Source: a bacterium (lineage in GTDB: Bacteria; RBG-13-61-14; DATKZS01). Taken from it: DNA of 64,000 bases. Under the pieces are notes generated by a model. It worked only from the letters and a program-made list of their open reading frames with translations. It made no database searches and was not told where the DNA came from. Location of the stretch: the NCBI GenBank assembly GCA_963674965.2, contig CAXXFL010000007.1:576001-640000 (forward strand), given 5' to 3'. This document shows, one piece after another, positions 1 through 7,907 of this stretch (within the stretch, counting starts at the first letter, position 1; each line of letters opens with the position of its first letter). A program made the position numbers and the translations under genes.

Positions 1-296
1 ACGTTCTCGAACACCGAGTAGGAATCGAACAAGGTGGGCAACTGGAACACCATGCCGCATTTGCGCCGGATGGACTGGAAGTCCTCCTCCTCCCGGCCGG
101 CGAGCTCCTCGCCGTCCATGCGGATCGAGCCCCCGTCCGGACGGATGAGACCCACCAGCATTCGGATCATAACCGTCTTGCCCGCGCCGGTCTTGCCCAG
201 GACGAAAAAGGTCTCGCCCTCCTTCACGGCCAGGTCCACGCCGTCCAGCACCGTCTGGCCGCCGAAGGACTTCATGACTCCCTTATACTCTATCAT
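1..296 (-). CDS. ABC transporter ATP-binding protein, MlaF/Ttg2A-like (3' end outside window)
   Basis: Manual translation from ATG at 296: MIEYKGVMKSFGGQTVLDGVDL...LGKTGAGKT (Walker A)...GMVFQLPTLFDSYSVFEN. Not listed in the ORF track. Confidence 0.85.
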   Translation of the reverse strand, partial: MIEYKGVMKSFGGQTVLDGVDLAVKEGETFFVLGKTGAGKTVMIRMLVGLIRPDGGSIRMDGEELAGREEEDFQSIRRKCGMVFQLPTLFDSYSVFEN

Positions 297-362
297 GTCC
301 TCGAGGAGCGCGTGACGCCGGAAGCTCGCCGGGCCAACTCGCTTTCCCGCGAAAGTTCGGGG

Positions 363-1103
363 TTATGCCATTTCCAGAAATTGCCTTAACTCCTTTCTAT
401 CGCTTTTCTCGATGTCGCGGGGAGGCCCCAGCTCGATCAGCCTGCCCTTGTAAAGAAGCGCCGCCTCCTGGGCCACCTTCATCACCAGGGGAAGGTGGTT
501 GGACACCACCACCGCCGACCTGTCCTTTTCCTTGACCTTCTCCGCGATGAGGTCGGCTATAACGTCGGAGGTGATAGGGTCCAGGCCCGCCGTGGGATCG
601 TCCAGAAAAACCAGGCTGGGTCCGTGGGCGATGGCCCGGGCTATCCCCACCCGTTTCTTCATGCCGCCCGAAAGCTCGCGCGGGTACTTGCCGCCGATGG
701 GTCCCAGGTTCAACCGCTCGAGCAGGTCGTCAACCTTCTCCTTGATCCGGGCCGGGGGAAGCGACAAGACCTCTTTGAGGGCGAAGCCAACGTTCTCCTC
801 CACGGTCATGGAGTCGAAAAGAGCGTTCTGCTGGAAAAGCATGCCCACCCGCCTTCTCAACTCCCGCAGCCGAGAGGAGGAAGCCGAAAGGATATCCTCG
901 CCGAACAGCCTTACCGAGCCATCGTCCGGCTTTAAAAGACCCACGGCCGTCCGCAGCAAGGTGCTCTTGCCGCTGCCCGAGGCGCCCAGAAGGGCAATGG
1001 TATTGCCCGAGGCCAACTCGAGGCTGACGTCCCTTAAAACGTCCCTCCCCCCGAGCGTGATCCTGAGACCTCCAAGGGCCATGGCCGGCGCGGTTTTCGA
1101 CAT
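363..1103 (-). CDS. ABC transporter ATP-binding protein, MlaF/Ttg2A-like
   Basis: Walker A GASGSGKS, signature LSGGMKKRVGIARA, Walker B region FLDDPTAGLDP, MlaF-type FQQNALFDSMTVEENV. Confidence 0.88.
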   Translation of the reverse strand: MSKTAPAMALGGLRITLGGRDVLRDVSLELASGNTIALLGASGSGKSTLLRTAVGLLKPDDGSVRLFGEDILSASSSRLRELRRRVGMLFQQNALFDSMTVEENVGFALKEVLSLPPARIKEKVDDLLERLNLGPIGGKYPRELSGGMKKRVGIARAIAHGPSLVFLDDPTAGLDPITSDVIADLIAEKVKEKDRSAVVVSNHLPLVMKVAQEAALLYKGRLIELGPPRDIEKSDRKELRQFLEMA

Positions 1104-1150
1104 AGGGTAAAATCGTACAACCTGGAGACGCGCCGGTCAATACCCGTCGG

Positions 1151-1876
1151 TCAATAAAGGGTCTTTCTTTCAACCACCTTTCCGATGAGCTGGACCTTTT
1201 CCGGGTCCGTGAAGACCATGTCCGAGTAGCGGGGGTTCAGGGGACGAAGGATGACGATCCTCGAGCCGTCCCGACCCTCGTGGACAACCAGCTTCTTAAA
1301 GGTCGCCTCATTGTCATCCACCAGCTTGGCGATGACGTAGTCGCCGGGAGAGGGCGACAAGTTGGGGTTGACGATCAGCACGTCGCCCTCCTTGAACTCG
1401 GGCTCCATCGAGTCGTTGGTCACGCGGACGCCGAAGAGGTTCCTTCCCTTTCTGTCGGTGTAGACCATCCGGTCCGCCACGCCGGGAGGGTATTCGCCGT
1501 CCTCGGCCAGGGCGAACTCTCCCGCCCTGACCAAGCCCACCACGGGAACGGCCCGGCCGTGGCCAAGATCGGCCGGCTCGAGGTTGTCCAGGTTATCGGC
1601 GTCCTTTATGAAATCGCCCCGGCGCGCGTTTTTTTTGAATATATCCTTGACCTCGCCGGGCGCCTTCTCGTAATGGGCCGCCAGGATAAGGGCCTCCAGG
1701 TCGAGATCGAGGGCCTGGGCGAGTTTGACCACTATTTCGTCGGACGGGACCACCTTGCCCTGGGCTATCTTGGACACGTAGACGCCGCTTACGCCCACCC
1801 GCCGCGCCAGGTCCTCATAGGTAAGGCCCAACTCCAATATTCTTTTCGCGAGTTTCCCGCCGAAAAAGTCCCTCAT
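1151..1876 (-). CDS. CI/LexA-like repressor: XRE HTH plus peptidase S24 domain
   Basis: N-terminal HTH (LTYEDLARRVGVSGVYVSKIAQG), Ala-Gly site VRAG, catalytic Ser in NDSMEP and Lys in TFKK; GGAGG before ATG at 1876. Confidence 0.88.
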   Translation of the reverse strand: MRDFFGGKLAKRILELGLTYEDLARRVGVSGVYVSKIAQGKVVPSDEIVVKLAQALDLDLEALILAAHYEKAPGEVKDIFKKNARRGDFIKDADNLDNLEPADLGHGRAVPVVGLVRAGEFALAEDGEYPPGVADRMVYTDRKGRNLFGVRVTNDSMEPEFKEGDVLIVNPNLSPSPGDYVIAKLVDDNEATFKKLVVHEGRDGSRIVILRPLNPRYSDMVFTDPEKVQLIGKVVERKTLY

Positions 1877-1998
1877 AACGTCCTCCAATCCTTTTCAGAA
1901 TAAGCGCTTGCCTGGATATCCAGGCCGCGCGGCGCCTGTCCGCCGATCATGAGTATAGCATAGCTTGACACAAAAGCATATATCCTGTAATTTTCCTC

Positions 1999-2045
1999 TT
2001 GACATTAACTAACATTTAGTTTAGCATCGTTTGCACGGTTGTCAA
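1999..2045. promoter_or_regulatory. Overlapping opposed sigma70-like promoters with a palindromic operator
   Basis: + strand TTGACA(1999-2004)-17-TAGCAT(2022-2027); - strand TTGACA(2045-2040)-16-TAAACT(2023-2018); palindrome AACTAA-CAT-TTAGTT at 2007-2021. Confidence 0.65.
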
Positions 2046-2129
2046 GGCCAAGGCCGAAATTATTTTTTTTCCTGACCGACAAAGGCAAGGGGGCAAAAGG
2101 AAAAACCAAAAAGAAAATGGAGGTGTACG

Positions 2130-2513
2130 GTGAAAAGTTTAGATAGGCACAAACTGCGTAATCTTCGGTTATTAAAAGGCTATAGTCTTTCAGTTATGGC
2201 CAGGCTCATCTCTTCCAGGTATGGTTTCAACTTGAGCAAATCGGCTATATCCAACTGGGAAACGGGTCGGACCAAGCCCAGCCTGGACTCTCTGATTATC
2301 GCAAGCGACCTTTTTCAGGTCCCGCTCGACTATTTTCTATCCGACGAATCTAACTGTTTGTTTGATGAAAATATCGGCTTTGACGAGTCGAAATCAACCG
2401 ACGATGACGACGTACATCCAAGTCTCACCAGAATATCGGGGAACCCTGAAAACTTCGCGGCGACCTTGATCTTGGAATCGGCCGCCTCTTCCCCCGGGCA
2501 TATCGAGGGATAG
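2130..2513 (+). CDS. XRE-family HTH regulator (Cro-like)
   Basis: LRNLRLLKGYSL...LSKSAISNWETGRTKPSLDSL HTH; GGAGG before GTG; divergent from the S24 repressor. Confidence 0.8.
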   Translation: MKSLDRHKLRNLRLLKGYSLSVMARLISSRYGFNLSKSAISNWETGRTKPSLDSLIIASDLFQVPLDYFLSDESNCLFDENIGFDESKSTDDDDVHPSLTRISGNPENFAATLILESAASSPGHIEG

Positions 2514-2515
2514 GC

Positions 2516-2962
2516 ATGCTCTGCCTTGATTGTCCCAATAGGTCATCCTGCAAATACCCATGCCGGAAACTGAGGGAACACCTAAGGTCCCTCGAGGCCG
2601 GCCAGAGGGAAAGGCCCATGAAAAACATCGAGTTGGAAGCGATCCTGGGAAGCGACGGCCCCACCCTTTCCGATATGGCGCCCGATTATCTTCCCGCCAG
2701 GAAAATATTGGACGGAAGCGTTTCCCGACTTCCTCCCAAGCTTTTCGCCCCTCTGGCGCTTCATTACCTGGAGGGACACAGCGTGAGCGAGACCGCCAGG
2801 ACGCTGGGCCTCAACAAGGCCACCGTTAAAAGAAGGAACAAGGCCGCCATCCGCCTCTTAAGGGCCCGCGGACGCTTGGCCCTCCCCGCGGCGGGTCCTC
2901 CCGCGGCGGATGAAAAAACTGGAGGGCTTTGGCCGCGTCGTGGTACAATGTTTGAAGGTTGA
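2516..2962 (+). CDS. Sigma70 region-4-like HTH protein with N-terminal Cys cluster
   Basis: CLDCPNRSSCKYPC at the N-terminus; LHYLEGHSVSETARTLGLNKATVKRR resembles sigma region 4. Confidence 0.65.
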   Translation: MLCLDCPNRSSCKYPCRKLREHLRSLEAGQRERPMKNIELEAILGSDGPTLSDMAPDYLPARKILDGSVSRLPPKLFAPLALHYLEGHSVSETARTLGLNKATVKRRNKAAIRLLRARGRLALPAAGPPAADEKTGGLWPRRGTMFEG

Positions 2963-3101
2963 GAAATGTATTTTCATCGCCTGGCGCTAGAGTGATCTCC
3001 CATTTCTCGCCGATTGGCCGGGACCGGATGGGAGCGGGGGTCATCCAGAGTGGACGCCCTTTGCCCAGGGTCCTTCATCCCGATATCGCCTGGAGGAAGT
3101 C

Positions 3102-3785
3102 ATGGCTTCGATATTGATAGTCGAGGACGAGCGACACCTGGCCGACGGTCTTAAATTCAACCTCGAGGCCGAGGGCTACAAGGTCGACGCGCTCGAGACG
3201 GCCGAGCTGGCCCTCGAGATTTACTCCCGATACGACGTGTTGATCCTGGACGTCATGCTGCCGGGCATGAACGGCATCGAGCTTCTCGGCGAGATCAGGC
3301 GGCGGGACCACAAGTTCCCCGTCCTTATCCTCTCGGCCCGCTCCTCGGAGGGCGACCTGGTGCAGGGCCTCGAGGCGGGGGCCGACGACTACATCACCAA
3401 GCCCTTTTCCCTGCCCGAGCTTATCCTGCGGGTAAGGAGGATGCTCGAGAGGCAAAAGTGGTATGACGAGTCCACGGAGCGCCAGTCCCGGTTCTCCTTT
3501 GGAAAGTACTGGATCGACTTCGACGGCTTCGAGGCCAACTCCAACTCGGGCAAGACGGTCCTTACCCAGTACGAGTGCTACGTGATGAAGTACCTCATCG
3601 AGAACCGGGACAGGCCCGTGTCCCGCGAGGAACTGCTCGAAAAGGTGTGGGGATACTCGGTGACGCCCGAGACCAGGACGGTGGACGCCTTTATCGCTCG
3701 GCTGAGAAAGCTCTTCGAGGAGGACAGGAAGGACCCGCGCCATATCAAAAGCGTCAGGGGAGTGGGATACCGTTTCTTCCCCTGA
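3102..3785 (+). CDS. OmpR/PhoB-family response regulator
   Basis: REC domain (ILIVEDE, LDVMLP, YITKPF) plus winged helix (TRTVDAFIARLRK, VRGVGYRF); GGAGG RBS. Confidence 0.93.
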   Translation: MASILIVEDERHLADGLKFNLEAEGYKVDALETAELALEIYSRYDVLILDVMLPGMNGIELLGEIRRRDHKFPVLILSARSSEGDLVQGLEAGADDYITKPFSLPELILRVRRMLERQKWYDESTERQSRFSFGKYWIDFDGFEANSNSGKTVLTQYECYVMKYLIENRDRPVSREELLEKVWGYSVTPETRTVDAFIARLRKLFEEDRKDPRHIKSVRGVGYRFFP

Positions 3786-3803
3786 CGCCTCCCGGATTCG
3801 GTT

Positions 3804-4490
3804 TTATTTTCTGAGCATGTCGATGAAGGCGGCGAGGGCGTCTTTTTGAGTATCGTCCAGGGAAAGGAACTGCACGCCGATCAGGAAAAGGGAGCGGTCG
3901 TTGTCGCGCTCGACCCTCATGACCTTTCCCTTCATTGATATCTTGCCGTTGTCGGGCAAGATGGGCAGCTCGAGCAGGAGTTCAGCCCCCTCTCCCGCCT
4001 GTTCCGAGCTCTCCACTAAAAGGCCCCCCCTCGAGATGTTCCTGGACACGCCCGCAAAGGCCAACGCGGCGGCCGAGCCGGCCACCTTCATCTTCACCGG
4101 GAAACGGTAATGGATTCTTTGAGGAATATTCAGGATATTGGCGGCCTTGGAGAGTATCTCGCCCGCCTCGATGGGCTTGGTCACGTACTCGTCGGCCCCC
4201 GCGGCGAAGCACTTCTCGATGTCCTTTTTGTCCGAGGAGGTGGAGACGACGATAACGGGAATGCCCGCGGTGGCGTCGTCGGACTTGAGGCGCATGAGGA
4301 CCTCGTCGCCCATCATGTCCGGCATTATAAAATCGAGCAAGATGACGTCGGGAACTTCCCTTTTGGCCAGGTCGAGGGCCTGCCCCCCCGACTCGGCCGT
4401 GAATATCTTGCATCCCGTCCTCTTAAAAAAGGTTTCCTCCAGCTTGAGAAAAAGACGAACGTCGTCGACTAAAAGGACCTTCTTCCTCAT
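3804..4490 (-). CDS. Response regulator with C-terminal PilZ domain
   Basis: REC (VLLVDD, LLDFIMP, YVTKP) followed by QRIHYR and NISRGG PilZ motifs; ATG at 4490 after GGAGG. Confidence 0.85.
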   Translation of the reverse strand: MRKKVLLVDDVRLFLKLEETFFKRTGCKIFTAESGGQALDLAKREVPDVILLDFIMPDMMGDEVLMRLKSDDATAGIPVIVVSTSSDKKDIEKCFAAGADEYVTKPIEAGEILSKAANILNIPQRIHYRFPVKMKVAGSAAALAFAGVSRNISRGGLLVESSEQAGEGAELLLELPILPDNGKISMKGKVMRVERDNDRSLFLIGVQFLSLDDTQKDALAAFIDMLRK

Positions 4491-4889
4491 TCCTGCCTCC
4501 ATTTCCAAAGGGGGACCGACGTTGCCCGAAAACCGCATCCTGCCTTGGCCGCGGCGTCATGTCCAAAGGGACCCACAAAGCCCTTGGACGTCCGTCCCGT
4601 CGTTTGGGGGCCAAAGCCCCGCGCTCACAGTCCTTGTCCTGCCGGAATCGCGTTTCCACTCCTTCCCGAGCGAAGGCGAGCCTCCGCGGCCGAGTTTATC
4701 GGAAACGCCGGATCTTTGCCAAGTTCGATTTCGATTATAGTCAACTTGAATTGCAATGGCAACAGCTATTTATACCCAATTATTCACGGGACGAACGCGG
4801 CCGGGTAACGCGCCGCCCTTGGCCTTTTGCCATGCCCTTTTCGATACCCCTCTTGGCCCCGGGCTTTCCCTCCCCTCTAAATGACTCCA

Positions 4890-6044
4890 TTAAAAAGCCG
4901 GGCCCACCGTGTAGATGGCCAGGCAGTCCTGCTTGTTGATTTCGGCTTTTGGCCGCTCGCCGCTAGCCACGCGCTTTACAAGCTCGATCAACTCTTCTCC
5001 CGCCTCCGCCATGGACGCGCCCTCGAGCAGGCGCCCGGCGTTGACGTCCATGTCGTCCTCCATCTTTTGGAAAAGCTCGGAGTTGGAGGCGACCTTGATC
5101 ACCGGGGCGATCGGAAAGCCCGCGGGGCTGCCCCTCCCGGTGGTGAAGATCATGATCTGCGCCCCGCCCGCGGCCATGCCCGTAAGCGAGAATATGTCCG
5201 AGCCGGGAGTATCCATCAGCGCCAGCCCGCGCGCGACCGGGGCCTGGCCGTACTCGAGGACTTCCATGACCGGCGTGGTTCCGCCCTTGATGATGCAACC
5301 GAGGGACTTCTCGGTAATGTTCGTGAGTCCTCCCTCGACGTTGCCGGGGGAGATGACGAGATTGGCCAGAGGTCCCAGGATGTCCTCGGTCTGCTTCCTT
5401 TGCTTCCTGATGAGCTCGACTATCTTCTTTCCCATCTCCTCGTTCTTGGCCCTTCTCGAGAGCACCTTCTCCGTGCCGATCATCTCGGTGGTCTCGGAAA
5501 GGATGGCCCTTCCGCCCTCCCCCACCAGCCAGTCGGCGGCCACCCCCACTAAAGGGTTGGCCGTGACGCCGGACAGGGCGTCCGAGCCTCCGCACTCGAG
5601 CCCGACGGTCAATTCGTCCCACCCGATCTCGGTCCTCTCCTGGGCGGCGGCCTCCCCGAGCAGGGCCCGGGCCATCTCGACGCCTTGGGCGGTCGCCTTC
5701 CTCGTGCCGCCTACCTCCTGTATTACCAGGCTCGAGACCTTGGCCCCGCCGGCCCCGGCCGCGGCCGCCACGTCGGGGGCCTTGATGAACTCGCAGCCAA
5801 GGCCCACCACGACGATCCCGAAAACGTTGGGGTTCATGGCCAGTCCCACCAGGGTCCGCTTGGATATGCCGATGTCGACAAGGCCCCTGCCGCAGCCCTC
5901 GGTGTGAGTGATGGCCTTGACCTCGGGAAGCTCCCGGCCGATGGCGTTAACCACGCCGTTGGCGCAGGAAACCGAGCTCATAACCGCCACGTGGTTCCTG
6001 ACTCCCGCGGCCCCCCTCGGCCTTTTATATCCCATGAACCCCAC
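4890..6044 (-). CDS. UxaA/GarD-family dehydratase, large subunit
   Basis: GVRNHVAV, GLGCE, GLECGGSD, GNVEGGLTNITEKSLG and FTTGRG motifs. Confidence 0.88.
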   Translation of the reverse strand: MGFMGYKRPRGAAGVRNHVAVMSSVSCANGVVNAIGRELPEVKAITHTEGCGRGLVDIGISKRTLVGLAMNPNVFGIVVVGLGCEFIKAPDVAAAAGAGGAKVSSLVIQEVGGTRKATAQGVEMARALLGEAAAQERTEIGWDELTVGLECGGSDALSGVTANPLVGVAADWLVGEGGRAILSETTEMIGTEKVLSRRAKNEEMGKKIVELIRKQRKQTEDILGPLANLVISPGNVEGGLTNITEKSLGCIIKGGTTPVMEVLEYGQAPVARGLALMDTPGSDIFSLTGMAAGGAQIMIFTTGRGSPAGFPIAPVIKVASNSELFQKMEDDMDVNAGRLLEGASMAEAGEELIELVKRVASGERPKAEINKQDCLAIYTVGPAF

Positions 6045-6045
6045 T

Positions 6046-6312
6046 TTACCCCTCCTCCGACTTCACGTTGTGCGTATGCACCCAGCGCCCCGGCTCGAGG
6101 TCCTCCCCCGCCACGCCGATGGGCTCACCGTATTTTATGACCCGTTCTCCCGCGGATATCTTTCTCAGCGACACCTTATGGTTGCGGGGCACGTCCTCCA
6201 GGGCGGCGGCCTTCCCGACCCCGGCCCCCACTATCGCCTCCCCCGCCTTGATCTCACGTATGGCCACGGCCACGTTGTCCCCCGGATTGACCAGCACCAC
6301 GTTTACTTCCAT
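6046..6312 (-). CDS. UxaA-family small subunit (SAF domain)
   Basis: DNVAVA...HKVSL...VIKYGEPIG...WVHTHNV; adjacent to the large subunit. Confidence 0.88.
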   Translation of the reverse strand: MEVNVVLVNPGDNVAVAIREIKAGEAIVGAGVGKAAALEDVPRNHKVSLRKISAGERVIKYGEPIGVAGEDLEPGRWVHTHNVKSEEG

Positions 6313-6341
6313 GTCCCTTCCCCTTCCCGAAAAACCATAAC

Positions 6342-7601
6342 TCACGCGGCGAAGCAGTAGAACCTGCCGCCCGAGTTACCCACCCAGATGACCCCGTCCA
6401 CCACGCAGGGCGTCGAGAGCACTCGCTCGGTGGTCTTGTATTCCCAGATTTTCCCGCCGTCCGCCGCGTCCAGCATGTAAAGGTTGGCGTCGTAGCTGCC
6501 GAATAAAACCTTGCCGTCCACCACCGCGGGGGAGCTCCAGATCGAGGCCTGGGCCTTGAAGTCCCATACGGGCTTGCCGGTGGCGGCCTCGAGACAATAA
6601 AGCCTCGAGTCCTGTCCCCCGATATAAATCCTGTCGCCCACCGCGGCCGGCGTGGACCAGAAGCCCATCTTGTTGTTAAACTCCCAGATTTGTTTCCCGT
6701 CCTCCGCGTCAAAGCAGTAAAGGCGCGGGCTTTCCTCCTCCGCCGCAGCGTAGACGCGTCCGCCCGACACCACCGGACTGGCGTCGGTGTCCCCGTTGGT
6801 CCGGGCCTTCCAGATCACCTTGCCCGTAAGGGCGTCGAGGCAAAAGAGGTCTCCCGAGAAATTGGCCGCGTAGAGCCTGCCGTCGGCCAGGGCCGGGCTG
6901 GACTCGACCCCGTTCGAGCCGGGCGGACCCTCGAGACCACCTAAAAAAGTCTTCCAGATCAGCTTGCCCGTCTCCGGGTCCAGGCATCTTACGTGTCCGT
7001 TCTCGCCGCCCACGTAGAGCTTGCCGCCGCACACGCAGGGAGAGCTGTCCAGGTCGTTGGGCGTCGAGTGACGCCATACGCTTTTTCCGTCCAGGGCGTT
7101 TATGCAATGGAGGTTGTTGTCCACGTTGCCCACGTAGAGCCTTCCCTTGTAAAAGCAAAGGGAACTCTTGAACATGCGGCCGCCCGGATACTTCCACTCG
7201 ACCTTGCCCGTCTCGGCGTCCATGGCGTAGACGTTGTAGTTCTGAGATCCCACGTATACGCGGGGGCCCCACTTGACCGGCTGTCCGGTCCAGCCCGTGC
7301 CGGCCCAGACCTTGGCCGGCCTGGCTTCCCCGTAGTCCACCAGTTTGCCCGGCATGTCCACGGTCCATTTCACGCGGGGCTTCTCCGGGACCGGCCCGGT
7401 CCCGTAAAAGGTCTTGGATGGGTTGCCCCGGAACATGAGCATGGTCCGGTCGCTGGCCGAGTCCTCGCCCAGATCCCAGGTCGGGACCCTCGAGGCGTCC
7501 GGCCCGCCGGACTCGGCCGGGCCGGCCAGGGGCCAGGCCGCCGCCGCCGCGGCCATGCCTCCGATTTTCATCAAATCTCTTCTGTCCATTTTATGGGCCA
7601 T
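6342..7601 (-). CDS. Tat-exported PQQ-like (BamB-type) beta-propeller protein
   Basis: Twin-arginine signal MDRRDLMK; repeated SSP.V..G.VY.G...LYCLDA.TGK..W blades. Confidence 0.85.
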   Translation of the reverse strand: MAHKMDRRDLMKIGGMAAAAAAWPLAGPAESGGPDASRVPTWDLGEDSASDRTMLMFRGNPSKTFYGTGPVPEKPRVKWTVDMPGKLVDYGEARPAKVWAGTGWTGQPVKWGPRVYVGSQNYNVYAMDAETGKVEWKYPGGRMFKSSLCFYKGRLYVGNVDNNLHCINALDGKSVWRHSTPNDLDSSPCVCGGKLYVGGENGHVRCLDPETGKLIWKTFLGGLEGPPGSNGVESSPALADGRLYAANFSGDLFCLDALTGKVIWKARTNGDTDASPVVSGGRVYAAAEEESPRLYCFDAEDGKQIWEFNNKMGFWSTPAAVGDRIYIGGQDSRLYCLEAATGKPVWDFKAQASIWSSPAVVDGKVLFGSYDANLYMLDAADGGKIWEYKTTERVLSTPCVVDGVIWVGNSGGRFYCFAA

Positions 7602-7907
7602 GAAATCCTCCCCCTCGATCAAGATAAAACCGAAATGATTATAGAACGGAGTTCTTGCCTTGAAAAGTGGGCCTCAAAGATAATTTCCGCCACAACGACG
7701 AGAAGAACGCAAATAATATTACAATTTAGCTTCTTGTTCATCGCGCCTTGGCGTCTCATTTATCAGGCCGCCACATTTTCGCCACAAATTTCCGTTATTT
7801 TGCCTTTTTATGGCGACATTGCCACAACTTATCCGGCCTATAATGTTCGCGTTCAAAGATATCGGCCTCATTGAAGAGGCGCGATATATCGCTTATACTG
7901 GAGGACA

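Noticed and set aside
1151-2962. Intact prophage
   Set aside because: No integrase, att sites, replication or structural genes nearby.
4540-4880. Long intergenic region upstream of the PilZ regulator as a c-di-GMP riboswitch
   Set aside because: No GEMM-type motif arrangement could be matched; only generic GC hairpins and an AT-rich promoter-like patch.
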